Positions 25,403 through 39,004 of a stretch of 64,000 nucleotides of DNA are shown in pieces. The notes under the pieces are model-generated. The model saw only the letters and a program-made list of their open reading frames with translations. It had not been told where the DNA came from and ran no database searches. The stretch spans positions 12,524,001-12,588,000 of the forward strand of contig OX597831.1 of NCBI GenBank assembly GCA_951406725.2. The letters are read 5' to 3'. The translations under genes and the position numbers were made by a program. The stretch is from Octopus vulgaris. Lineage: Eukaryota. Positions within the stretch are counted from its first letter, which is position 1. The number at the start of each line of letters is the position of its first letter.

Positions 25403-25566
25403 AGGCTTTTTTTGCAGATTCCATCTATCAAATCCACCCACAAAGCTTTGTTCAGTTCAAGACTATAGTAAAAGACATTTGTCAAAGGTGTCACTTAGTG
25501 AGACTGAACCCGGAACCATGTGGTTAGGAAGCAAACTTCTTACCACACAGCCATGCCTGTGCCTGT
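25403..25566 (-). mobile_element. SINE family A head, inverted relative to the copy at 24846
   Basis: actgaacccggaaccatgtggttaggaagcaaacttcttaccacacagccatgcctgtgcct. Confidence 0.85.
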
Positions 25567-26702
25567 TATAAAATATAGCATTAAGAAAAAATAAAAAATA
25601 AATAAAATGGCATGGACTGAAATCTATTTCCAGATCATGTTTTCTGTAATTTGAAATGATATAAATCTTCAAGCTTGATGGTTATTTTCAGACCAAAATA
25701 AGAGATATATAAATTAAGTGATGAAGCATCAAAGGATTAACCATGGACAAACCACCCCCTTGTCTTTTTACTTTTTATTCTTTGTTATTTGTTATTCATT
25801 ATCTTTAGTTATCAAAGAGTGTTTGGTAGAGTTAAGTAGAAAGTTTTATATGTGGCAGATTTATATGAGAGGAAATTTGAAATCTGCAGTTAATAGTAAA
25901 TAAAAATAACAACAATCTCTGTTATATATATATATATATATATATATGTTAAGGAAAAATTAAAATGTATTTCTTTATACATTCTTTTTTCGTTGTTGTC
26001 AACATCATAAACATCATTTACATTACATTTCCTGCTGGTGTGAGGTAAGTTAAATGGATAAATCTAGTACAAAACATAACATCAACAACAGCAACAACAA
26101 TAATTCTTTCTAATTTTAACAGAATGTCAGTATTTTTGGAGTAGTGGGCAAATGGTATACTCATCCACTATTGGTAAATTTATTTTACCCACCCTGAAAG
26201 GATGAAAAATGAAATGAACTCTGCAGGATTTGAGCTCAGAATGCAAAGAGCTAAAAGAAAAGCTGCTAAGGATTTTGTCTGGTGATTTAATGACTCTGCT
26301 AGCTTGCCATCATAATAATTCTAATTTTGGCAGCAATTTCAAGTGGTGCGGAAGTCATTACATCGTACCCCAGTGCTCAACTGGTACTACTTTATTGACC
26401 CCAAATGAATGAAATGCAAATAAACAAGACAGCTTCTACACAGTTTATGACCCACTGGAAAAGCCAGCCAAATCTCTAGAGGTAAGAAATGGAAAAATAC
26501 ATTGGCTGATACTGCCTTTGATACACTATGTCTGTATAAAAATGACAACAAAAAAGTTACAATGGATGGTCATGGCTGAAAAGCTTTTGATCAAAGATCT
26601 GTTGAACCAGTACTTAAATGTGAGTGTATAACCTGGCAGCTTATACTGTACTTTCACTAATTGTAGGTGCCTCTGTAGTTGGGACCAGGCGTGGATCTTT
26701 TG

Positions 26703-26918
26703 GAAGGCAGCGAGCTGGCAGAAACATTAGCATGCCAGGTGAAATGCTTAGTGGTATTTCGTCTGTCTTTACATTCTAAGTTCAAATTCTGCCAAGGTTG
26801 ACTTTGCCTTTCATCTTTTCAGGGTCGATAAATTAAGTAGCAGTTGCAAACTGGGGTCGATCTAATCAACTGGGCCCCTCCCCAAAAATTTTGGGCCTTG
26901 TGCCTAGAGTAGAAAAGA
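26703..26918 (+). mobile_element. SINE family B, reference full-length copy
   Basis: aaggcagcgagctggcagaaacattagc (A-box-like), aagttcaaattc (B-box-like), core ggttgactttgcctttcatc..gggtcgataaattaagtagcag, tail gtgcctagagtagaaaaga; further copies near 5620, 12270, 26100, 37210, 42400, 51915 and 52410. Confidence 0.9.
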
Positions 26919-27452
26919 CATGGACACTCCCTTGACCTTCTCACTCTTGACCTAGTAGAACATCATAGATATGATAGTCAGAGGGATAGAGAGGGCTGCA
27001 CCAGCAGTCAGCAGCTATTTATTTCCAGCTGAGCAGACTAGAGCAATGAGAAATGAAATGTCTTGCTTAAGGACACCACACACTTTTCAGTTCATGAACT
27101 GAACCAAGAACCTTGTGATCATGAATGTAATACCATAACCACTGGGTCATGCTTAATCAGGATACCAGACAACCTGAGGCTAACCAGCCAGTAATTGGTC
27201 TATTGGAAATCTGCAATCAACAATGCTATTCTTCACAAAATGAATGAAACCAAAGAAAAAGAAAATAAAAACAAAATGGAAGGAAAAAAATATCACTTCT
27301 AAGGCATTGGTTGTTGTTTCCCTGAAGTTATACTAAAATAAACTGTAGGTAATGAAACAGATACAGATTGGATGGGTTGGATTCTTAGAGGAGAGACAGA
27401 AAAGAATAAATACTGAAAGAATACTCTGCCTTTTATTTAAGATTTGCAATAC

Positions 27453-27499
<47 letters not shown>

Positions 27500-28388
27500 G
27501 TCACCACTAACTTATGGAAACTGATGAAAATCTCAGACACAAATATTCTTCATAGAATTACTTAGTGCTACTGAAGTAATTTAATATTGGTAAATTTGAA
27601 GTTGTTGTTACTAAGCCTCAGGCTAATCTTGATTTAGAAGATTTGTGATCAAAAGACATTTTGGCTGTGACCATCCTTTTTTCATTTTTTGCTTACACAC
27701 ACAAACAGCACTGAAGATCATATTATCCAATGAGTCTAGTTCTGTTTTCTTTTTAAGATAGTTTACTGTGATTTGAGAAGGGTTTGGCTACTATTTCTAA
27801 CAGGACAGAAAACTGCATATTTGAATGTAGGAAGTCAAATTAATAGAACACTAAGCAGGTCCTAACAAAATTTCACATACAAAAACAAAAAATACAGGAA
27901 ATAGGGAATTAGTAATCAAAATTAAATTTGCAAGAAATCACAGCCAAATTGCCTTCAAATTAAATCCTATCATCTTGGAAAAAGGAAAGACACATTAGAT
28001 AATGTAATCATGGATATACAAAAAGATGAGATGGTCACAACTGGGATGTCTTTGACCATAGTACTAACCACTACCAACAACATCACATAAGCAACCAATG
28101 TGAATATTTTTGTGTTCTCTTATCTATAGTCAACTTGAAAGCCATACAAGGATACATCTCATATCATCATCATTTTACTGTCCTCTTACCCATGCTTTCG
28201 TAGGTCAGAGACAATTTATAGAGACAGACTTTCTATGACTAAATGCTTTTCCTGTCTCCAACACTCACCTGTTTCCAAACATTGTGGAATATGTTCCCAT
28301 GTAAGAAGGAAATGAATGACATTACTTGTGTGAAAGTAACACTTATTTAAAGCTATCACATGATATCAAGACAAGGACGGATACAAAT

Positions 28389-28422
<34 letters not shown>

Positions 28423-30067
28423 CAACAGGTGTCTTTCAGTTTCCATCTATCAAATCTTCTGACAAGGCTTTCGTCAGCCTGGAGCTCAAGTAGAAAGCAC
28501 CAACTCGTGGTGTTATGTAGTAGGATTGAACACAAAACCATGTGATTGAGATACAACCTTCTTAATCACACAGCCTGTGCTAATCAATGAATTAAAAATA
28601 AAATGGATGGACAGAAAGACAAACAGACAGACTGATACAACAGATATCTTCTAGAACTTTTACTACACTACATGCAAAAAAAAGAAATTACGAAGCAAAT
28701 TCAGTAAGAGATTTAATTTGCAAAAATCATCAAAGAAAACAAATGAATTATAAGAGAAATAATTTACTAAATAATTCATTCTAACATTTTTAACAATGAG
28801 CTAATGAAGGAATCACTACACAGTTGTTTGACCTGCTAGGAAAAGCCACCGAATCTCCCTCAGATTACATTACATCATCCTGAAAAGAGAGGGACACATT
28901 TGATAATGCAGTCTACACATGGTTTTGAGTTCAATTCCAGAGTGCAGCATCTTGAGCAAGTGTCTTCTACTATAACACAAGGACACCAATGTTTTCTGAT
29001 TGAATTTGGTAAGTGGAACCTGTATGGAAGTACATCATATTTGTACATGTGTATGCATATGTACATTTTAGAGTTTATCTCCAACCACTGCTTAACAACT
29101 GGTGTTGGTTTGTTTATGTCCCGATGACTTAGTGGTTTGACAAAAGAGGTTCATACAAGAAGTACCAGATTTAACAAAAATAAGTACTGAGGCTGATTTG
29201 TTCAACTAAACCCTTCAAGGTGATGTCCCAGTATGGCCGTAGTCCAAAGACTGAAATAGGCAACAGATAAAAGATACACACTGTTCCAGAAAATGGTAAA
29301 GCTGTCATGGTTGGAATGCAAGTGATCACAGGCCAATTCGGAGGTTGACCAGGAGTTAAACAAAAAATAACATCATCCTTAACCATATCAGCTCAATCTT
29401 ACTAAATCTGTAATCAAGCTTTATTTAAAAATACTAAAAATAAAAATAGAGAGAAAAAAAAAGAAAGAGACCTGAAATAGACCTAGACACCCCTAAAAAT
29501 AATATGGGATGGCCCTGGTTGCAGTATCTTTGATCATAGATTTACTTGATCAAAGCTAAACAACAACAATAACAACAAAATATACTATTGCCAATGCAAC
29601 AGAGAAAAAGAGACAGCAATAGCAAAATGTTGTTACATTTCAAAGAAATAGCTAGACAATTATATATGAATAGGATTCCAGACCAATCCATAATATTTAG
29701 CCAACAAACAAAGAACTCATTAATTTATTAGAAATATTACATAGATGAATGATCAATGGCATCATCACTCTTATCTTTCGCGACTGACGTCATTAATCAG
29801 TCCACAGCATCAATAGCACTGGGCATGCAAGATGGAACATACCAAATGAAATGACAGTGAATTGGCTTAGAAAGTACACTTGCTGTTACGTATATATTTC
29901 TTCTTTATAAATAAAGAAAATTACCCTTTCTCACATCATTTGGTGAAGCGAGTTTGTGAATAATTTATCAATATCAATTACTAATTTTGTGTCAGAGAAG
30001 GGAGAAGCTGATGGCAAACATATTTTAGATTAAAATTTTTCTGGAAACATCTGTGTGTATGTGTATG

Positions 30068-30114
<47 letters not shown>

Positions 30115-30119
<5 letters not shown>

Positions 30120-30305
30120 GTAAACAGAGTTAGCGGTTATAGTAACCGACTAAGGGATAAAATATCCGTATATACTATCGGTATCCGTAACCTGTATTAT
30201 CCCCGGGCAATGGTGTGCAGGCACACCATACATGTAGAGTGCAGATAACAACAGGATAAACAAGAGTTTATCAGGAACCAATGCAAATAATTAGAAAATT
30301 CTAAT

Positions 30306-30309
<4 letters not shown>
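30115..30309. mobile_element. CpG-rich ~195-bp insert within a (TA)n tract, with multiple hairpins
   Basis: Flanked by (TA)n; hairpins cggtta/taaccg, atggtgtgc/gcacaccat, gataaac/gtttatc, ataattagaa/ttctaattat. Confidence 0.5.
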
Positions 30310-30345
<36 letters not shown>

Positions 30346-30609
30346 TATATATTATATATACATAGGTAAGTATGATCCAGGGATTTGACTGTAGGAAATT
30401 AGTAGGCTTCAGGCATTTATGCAGTCAGTAGTAAAGATGACAAAAGATGGATAATATGCAATAAAATGAGTTTATTAATATCGTAAGATAACATGCTTCG
30501 TCCCAGATCAACATAAAAGAAATTTTGATAAACTGATGGTCAACATACAACTCATTGGTTTAGTAACTAAAGTTGCAAAAATTGAGAATAAAAATCCAAG
30601 AAATATGTT

Positions 30610-30740
30610 GAGTGGTTGGTGTTAGGAAGGGCATCCAGCTGTAAAAACCCTGCCAAAACAGTCACAGAAGTCTGGTTGGTCCTTGTGAAACCGTCACACC
30701 CATGCTAGCATGGAAGGTAGACATTAAACAACAATGACGA

Positions 30741-30743
<3 letters not shown>
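30610..30743 (+). mobile_element. SINE family C 3' part
   Basis: gagtggttggtgttaggaagggcatccagctgtaaaa...cccatgctagcatggaagg..gacattaaac..gatgat. Confidence 0.8.
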
Positions 30744-30780
<37 letters not shown>

Positions 30781-31485
30781 GATTAATCAAAAAAGCAGAG
30801 AAAAAAATCAACAAGAAAAAATAATATGAGGATGTGGTACATGCCAAGTATTAATAAGACACTCAGGGAAGGAAAGAAAGAGTGTTTTATGTTTCAAGCA
30901 AAGTTCTTCTTCAGAAACACGAGACAGAGGAAAGTCCAAAAGAAAAGGAAGATGAAAGAAAAAAAATCACCAACAATCCACATTGTCCAACCCATGCCAG
31001 TATGGAAATCAGATGTTAAATGATGATGATGATGATGATACATACACAGACAAATATATATACATATTTACATATGCATGCATACACACATATATAGATA
31101 TACACATATAGCTAATTCATTTGTGTTTGTCTATATTTAAGTCATACTGGAAGAGAATGAAAAAAAAAATCAGGACAGAAGAAGAAATGTCATTTTTACA
31201 ATTGCTGATGGGAAACAATGAACTTGAGATGAACATTAGAATCTCCTGTACCTACATGTGTGGTGGTGGTGGTGGTGTGTGAGAACATGTTTGTGTGTGC
31301 TTATGTCAAAAGAATATCTGAGGAGTTTGAAACTTTAAGTGTAAGCAAAGCACTAACAGATTCTTTTCAACTTTTCAATGAACCTTTCTATAACGAGAAA
31401 TCAATGAAATATTTCCATTTACCAGTAAAAATCAATAATTTATTCATTAAATATGCAGAAGATTTTTGCTTGTTTGTTTTTGAAT

Positions 31486-31544
<59 letters not shown>

Positions 31545-32974
31545 AATGAGTATAATTATCATTTGAAGAAAGTGAAATGTCTCAAAGTGAATGTCATCAA
31601 GCAACACAAATATATTTGTAGTTATTCAAGATTATCAGGATCTACAAGCATAAACAAAAGTATTCACTTGTTGAAAATAGTATTAAAACATAAAAAGAAG
31701 AAGAAAAAAATGAAAATGTTTGACAAAACAAATACACCATTGCTGTATGTTGTTAGACATTAATCCAATTCCCCAGAAAGAATACTGAACAAAAGAATGA
31801 AAGTGCAGCTAATGAGAAACAGATATTAATAGACAAAACAGATATTAATGGAACAAAGCTAGTTATGTTTTACAAATATACTTATATTGCTGTATAGATC
31901 AATAGAAGCAGCAGAAAACATTACATTTTTTGTCTTTTTTTAAATTTTTGCTTTCCTTTTTCTATTTTGTTGCTTTTCTTTTTTTTTTGCCTTTTTCTAT
32001 TGTAGATAATAACTTCATTTGAATAGAACATTTTTAAGAAATTTAAAAAAAACAGCAAAAAACAGTCATTTTGTATCAAGAAAGATAAATCATTCTTTTA
32101 TGAGTTTAAAAGTTAGTTTAATCAAGAGTTAGATCTTGATATATCTCATAACTGATGAAGCTGAAAGAATTGTCTCAAACAAGAGCCCTATTTCCTAGTT
32201 TTTTTTTTAATGGTGCATTCTTCTGCAAGTGCTGACTGTACAATTGGAAATTCTAACTTTTTCTTTGTGAACTACAAATGAAAACCTCTCATCTATTCTG
32301 CAGCACTTCTAACACAGCAATAACAATGGTAGCTGATTATTAAAACTACTTGTATCCCTCATTGCATATGGAACTCTATCTGAAATTACAATCTACTATT
32401 TCTGTCCATGAGGGCGACTCTACACACTCATTTGACTTGCAGATAAAAACAACTAAATCTATCTCAAATCACATCATACTATCTTGTATAGAGAATAACA
32501 AAAGTTAAGGGAATCATTACACAATTGGGTGACATGACAGACACAGCAACCAAATTTAATTATATCACATACTAGACTCTTAAAAAAAGGAAGGACACAC
32601 CAGACAATGTTTTAGGAATGGATTGGCATGATTTAAATGCTTTTGATTATACTTCTGCTCAAACAGAGTTAACTTGAGGCTAAACAACAGATGTATTGAA
32701 TAGTGTAGTCCTTGATATAAAAAAAAAACAACCCAAAACAAGCTGGTTATAGCTGGAATGCTTTTGACCATAGATCCGTTCAATTAGGGCTAGCTTGAGA
32801 GAGTGGTAGTTAAATAACAATAATATGGACTATTTCTCATTGGGAATTTTTTTGCTAGAGCATTCTAACTAATATTGCTGACAAAACAAAATTTATACTG
32901 TTTTCTTATATTTTCAATCTATTAAACATTCCACTAATTATAGTGGCATGTTTGATAGAATTATAATTATAATT

Positions 32975-33480
32975 TGTCATCTCTGTAATGAGGTTCAGCT
33001 TCTTGAGATCAATCTTCACCATTTCATCTCATATCTTCATAAGCCTCAATCATCCACAAATTCCATTCACTCGGAGCACTTGGAAATTTTTTTTAAACAA
33101 ATGATACTGACACTCTCTAAACATTTCCTATACCCATACCAACATAGTCTTCACTCTTGTACACTGGATCCAATTCTTCTTACACAGTTTTTCTCTCAGC
33201 TCATTTATGCTCTGTTTACTCTTCATATACACACTATTGCTACACATTCAACAATGCATGCATATCTGATTTCTTTCCAACTGTAGCAAATTCTCCACAT
33301 TCAAGGCCTCAACCTTGCTGTCATATAACTTTGCTCTCCTTCACCTTGAGAGGAAAACTTTTTGTTACTAGCAGAGTAACTTTCTCTATGTTCTTACTCT
33401 GGCAATTATGTTTTCAAATCACCCACCTCCATTGCTAATTAGTTCACCTAGGCAACAAAAGCTATTCACTCCCTCTAGAG
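32975..33480 (-). pseudogene. Decayed RTE-clade LINE reverse transcriptase C-terminal region
   Basis: Minus strand across frames: LEGVNSFCCLGELISNGGG, IIARVR, LLVTKSFPLKVK, ALNVENLLQLERN, SINELREKL, VQE*RLCWYG; matches RTE motifs F.YLG..I, LER.E..MLRWM and RL.W.GH. Confidence 0.8.
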
Positions 33481-34049
33481 TATGTTCTAGGCGTTTATAG
33501 CAAACCATTTTATATGTTGTGCTTCTACTAATTGATCCTGATTGGATTATTCAAAGTGAAGTATTTCCCTAACGAGTAATCAGTAAATATTTTTCTGTCA
33601 ATGTTTATTGTTGTTCTTTAGCTTTATCAGGCCAGTCCTGGTCAAGTACTATGATCAATGACATTCTAGTGTAAACATCCTCTCTATTTGGAGGGCACTT
33701 AGGATTGCATTATCTACTGTCTATGCTTCATTGTTCAAAATGATAGAATATGATTTGATAGATATTTTGGCTACTATTTCTAACAGATATAGAAACCACA
33801 TAGAGGCTATCTTACCATTAGCATCATCATTGTTTTAAGATCTATTTTGCATAGGTAGAGCAGATTTCCTTGGGGTAGATTTTCTAAGACAGGGGTCTCT
33901 TCCTGTCACAAACCTTCACCTATTTCCAGGCAAAGTAATATTTCCCCCACAGTCTGTGTGAGAATTATGCTTATTTGTAACTGTTGCACAATATCTACAC
34001 AAGAGACATAAACACTGCTTTCATCTGTCTGTCTGTCTATCTATGCATC

Positions 34050-34159
34050 TATCTGTCTCTCTAACTATGTATGTATGTATGTATGTATGTATGTATGTAT
34101 GTATGTATGTATGTATGTATGTATGTATGTATGTATGTATCTATCTATCTATCTATCTC

Positions 34160-34201
<42 letters not shown>
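34050..34201. repeat. (TATG)n-(TATC)n-(TA)n compound microsatellite
   Basis: Directly visible; lies inside a composite SINE. Confidence 0.95.
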
Positions 34202-34205
<4 letters not shown>

Positions 34206-34759
34206 AGGCTTCTCTCAGTTTCCATTTACCAGATCTATGCACAAGGCTTTGGTCTGCTTAGAGCTATGATAAAAGACACTTGCTGAAGGTGCCATACAAT
34301 AGGGTTGAACCGGAAACCATGTGGTCAGGAAGCAAAGTTCTTAACCATAGTCAAGTGAATATTCGTAACTTCTGGAAGCAGCAAATACTTTGATGCAAAT
34401 ATCAACTACTCAATATATTTGATATATTTTACTCCGATTTCAGTAACTTTGTAGTTACTTTGTAATTTTATCTCTCAGATATGTCAAAGACAGTGAGTAC
34501 TATTAAACCTAACATTAAAATGTCATACATAAAGAGATAAATATTTGTCAGGAGCCAATGGAAAAACCTGTATGTGGTCACTCAACATGCTAAAAATAAC
34601 AGACAATCTTCCTCACTTCCCATCTTATTATCTTAGAAAAGGTAGGACACAACACATAGTAAGTTTCTTGATGCGTTGTAATAAGAACAATAAAGAAGCC
34701 TCTATTTAGCTGTTGAACCTCCTAAAGATAGTGGACAAATCCTCCTCATATCATATCCA

Positions 34760-35058
34760 GCTTGGTTCTCTGCCAATTACAATGAATTGATTCAATCAAT
34801 GGAACAGTTTGCTCAGGAAATTAATGAGCAAGTGGCTGAGCACTCCACAGACATATGTACCCTTAATGTCATTCTCAGAGAGATTCAGCATGACACACAA
34901 CATGAGTCACAGGTATAAGTCATTTTTACCAGCTGAGTGGACTGGAGCAATGTGAAATAAAGTGTCTTGCTCAAGGACACTATGTGTTGCTGGGAATCGA
35001 ACTCATGATTGTAAGATTGTGAGCCAAATAGCCTAACTACAGAGCCACGTGCCTTCAC
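34760..35058 (-). mobile_element. SINE family D, best copy
   Basis: Minus head gaaggcacgtggctctgtagttagg (A-box) ... gagttcgattccc (B-box), then gtgtccttgagcaagacactttatttcac; its tail module recurs at 52105-52245 (+). Confidence 0.8.
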
Positions 35059-38000
35059 ATCCTATCCTATTAAAAAAGGAAGCTTACACAAGGATGGTAC
35101 GCTCCTAGATAAAGCTCCACCAGTAAAAACAAAGAGGATAGGTCATGATTGTCTTTGACCACTGACCAGCTTAATCATATTACTGCCTTGGGCTAAACGG
35201 CAACAATGAATATTGATTTCTAATTCTGATATAAAGAGTGAGTAATTAATTCATTAAATAAAATCTCCATATTTGACAGTACTTTATTCCTCACCTCAAT
35301 TACTAGAGGATAAAAAGTTAAGTCGACCTTGGTGGTATTTGAACTTGAATTATTAATCTTTCATCATGGATTAGGTACAGAACTAGCTGTCAGGTTTGTA
35401 AGGGCAGGAATGAAATTTGCTTAGGGGGTGCAAACTCAGGTCCAACCCAGGATGTTTGAAGCATTTTCACTGTCCTCACAAAATTTTAGGGGATACAAGT
35501 GCACCCCCTGGACGCCATCTTCCTGAGCTTATGGTCAGGTTAAGATTAAAACACAGTCAGGTTTTTAACTCACAATGTCCTATTCTCTAGATATCTGCAC
35601 TTGTTACCAAACCCTGAACTACATTCCAAAAAGTACTATGGTTTGGGGGCAAAAACCTAGAACTAAACACTCTGTTGTGTTAGAAGTAAAGTTTAGTCTG
35701 ACTTTAGAAAGAACTGCCGGTTAAAAAATTACCTGTTTGCCCATTATGTGGTTTACTCTTTGCTCTTTCTCAAGTAATTTCTCTGGATATTTTATTTCTT
35801 CAATTTATTTTTCTTTCAGCTAATAGCAATTAATACTTCATGTGGTGCATTATAAGTTGGTGACATTATTTATTAATGATCTGTTAATTATTATTAATTT
35901 ATTTTGGAAATCAATGACTAGGAATCAATATCTTGTAAATATATGTGAAAACACAGAATCAACTTCTCTGTATGGAATTGTCATGCACTTTCCCCTTGGT
36001 GGGTGAAAGGGCATCACATCAAGTAAAAACCACATACCAAAATGTGGCACCAAAAAGCATTAGACTGTACCAAGGTCTTGCAATGGTTATACTGTTAAAG
36101 CACAGGAATGGCAGTGTGGTGAAGAAGCTTTACTTCCCAAACACCTGGTTTCAGGTTCAGTCCCACTTAGTGGCACCTTGGGCAAGTGTGTCTCAGGCTG
36201 ACCAAAGTTTTATGAATGGAACTGGTAGACATAAACTGAAAAACGCTCACTGAATATATGTGTGCGTTAGTGTGTGTGCACGTGTGTGCTTTCTTATCTT
36301 GGTTTTATGTGTACTACTTGTTTTCAATCCTTGTTAAAAACACATCCAGTTATGAGGAAATGTTAACTTGCATGGAAACAAATGAGGATTGACAACAGGA
36401 AGGACATCAGGCTGTAGAAAATCTACTTCAGCAAATCCAATCTAACCCATATGATGATGGTGATGACAATGATGATAATGACTAGCTAAATTTCATCAAA
36501 ATTTGTATTTTCTAAGAGGTTTGAAAGATCTAAATGGAGGAAACACTAAGAAGAGTTTAAAGAGTCGCAGCTAACAGGTGTATATTTGAGGTATGTTATT
36601 GCCAAGCGCTGTAGACTAAAATGACAAGTTCAAACCAAGCTGAAGATGCGACTCAATTTTATAGAGATTTTCTTTCAACTTGGTTCATTTCAATTTCCAA
36701 TTGCAGCACTTTCCTTTCATCAATGCTCTAACAACTCCCATAACATAGTTCCAACTTCTTTCTTCTCTGAAATCAATATGATATATACATATATTTCTTT
36801 GGAGCCAATAGGACATATACTTCTTTCTAATCACGTTGAGAGGTTGAGAAATCAACTATTTCAATACTCTATGGCATACACACTTTTCATAAATTTAATA
36901 TTAAGCTGTAATTGCATATGAGAACCCAAGCTTGTTCAATTATATCCTCTTCTTGGTTGAACATATTTTTCAGAAGTCTTATTTTCAATGTGTGCTTTTC
37001 CCAATTGTACCTGAACAAGCACAGTGCTGAATGCAGAGTTATTACTGGAATAGGAAAATCATCAGAGCATCAGGCAAAATACCTTGTGGTACTTAATTTC
37101 AGATTTCGATTCCCTTTATGTTTTGAGTTCAAATTCCACCAACACTGACTTTGAACTTCCATCTTTTTTGGGGTCAATGAAATAAATATTAATCAAGTAA
37201 TACAACCAACAAGGTGAGGAACTGGCTGAATTGTTAGCATGCCAAACAAAATGCTTAGTAGCATCTCTACCGGCTCTTCACAGTCTATGTTCAAATCTCA
37301 CTAAAGTCAGCTTTGATTTTCATCTATTCAGAGTTGATAAAATAAAGTACCAGTCAAGTACTGGGGTCAAAGTAATTGACTTGCCCACTCCTCTCAAAAT
37401 TGCAGGTCTTGAATCCTGCAATGGACTGGCATCCCCTGCAGGAGAATGTTGTGATTTGGGTCACTTATTCACCATGGAAACCGTTGACCAGCCTTAATCC
37501 TAGGGTTGAAGCAAAAAGGCTATAGCAAAAGACACATGCTCAAGATGCTGCACAGTGGGACTGAACCTGAAATCAGTTACAAAACAAGTATCTTCACCAC
37601 ACACCTGTACTTGTACTTAAGTATGTGTGTGTGTGTGTATAAGTGATCAACCAAACTTTGAGATGTTGTTATACATCATTGGGGTCACAATGCACTTTGC
37701 ATCTTTTTAGCTTTCAAGTGATGCCACCCTGCTGGGGCTAGGCATGCAGGCCAACATATCCTCCTATTTGGAAGATGATCTGGACTGGAGCAATGTGAAA
37801 TTAAGTGTTTTGCTAAAGAACACAATGTGACATTCAGACCAGGAGTTGAAACCACAATCTAGCGATCACGAGTGCAGCACCCTAACCACAAGGCCATGTG
37901 CCTTCACACACACACACACAAATATATCTTTTACAAAAACCAAAGTAGACTAAAAAACCAGTATTGTAAAGTGAGTCAACAAGGGAGTTTATATATAATC

Positions 38001-38973
38001 ACTCAACCTTGCAGATAAATCTTCTTCAAATTTCACTCAAGTTTAATTTTAAAAAGGCGGAGGAGGATACTTTGGATAATAATAGTCAGGGGAATGCAAT
38101 GCTGTCTGAGGAGAAAAAATAGATGTGAATGAGCATTATGAATAAAATGATTTTGATTGTAAGTCTATGTGATCAGTCTTGACTCTGGGCCAATAAGCAA
38201 CCACATTATCAGAAAATTATTTCAGACTAAGAAGAAATACTTAACTTTTCCAGAAAGGAGAAAAAAAAAGAAAAAAGAGTAAGAGACATTTTATTCATTG
38301 TATGAGACAACAATGAAAAGAATTAACAAATAATGGAAAGTTATATTCTATTAACTAAGCCAGAGAAACAATTCCACAAAGTTCTGGAAGGTAAGGTGTT
38401 TTTGTCAGTCAGGTAATATACAAATTTGGTAGCATGAATAAAACATACATGGAATCTGTAAAGATGACAAAAACTAAAAAAAGATAAAAATAAGTAAAAA
38501 ACGATCCCATTTGGAATTTATTTAAAATCTCATTTGAGCATCCATTAATGCTGTTCTCCGTTTTAGCATTATAGACTATCAGAGTAATTCCAAATTTTAT
38601 TTCTCAGGGAACTATTATCCTTTTCTGTATTAAAGAAATACATGTTGTCTGTGGGTGTTTCTGAGATTAACATCAATTCTGGTTTTATAAGTCAAGTGAA
38701 AGAAATTTGTTGATATGCAGAGAGAGAAAGAAGAACTGCAGTAAAGGACAAAAGAAGTAAAAGAGGGTCACATGTTGCACACATACTCAAACATACATGC
38801 ATATTACCATTCCTTTCTCTGTAATAACATGTAGCAGCCTTCACTTTAATTTCTAGCTTGGTTTAATATGATATCAAATGCTGTTTTCTCTCTCTCTCTC
38901 AATGATTGCTAATGTCTACTAACTTCTGTATCTCTCTTTCTCTTTACCTGGTCATTAATCTCCCTCTCACTCA

Positions 38974-39004
<31 letters not shown>

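Noticed and set aside
26703-26800. tRNA-like A and B boxes in SINE heads
   Set aside because: SINE-derived, no full cloverleaf evident; not called as tRNA genes
31260-31763. Longest ORF in the window (167 aa)
   Set aside because: Spans microsatellites and A-runs, no domain, no splice context
32152-32176. CTGATGA-agct-GAAA-gaatt-GTC hammerhead-like string
   Set aside because: No viable stem I, II or III; likely chance
36540-37010. Purine-rich minus strand suggesting a decayed coding sequence
   Set aside because: No identifiable motif; cannot assign
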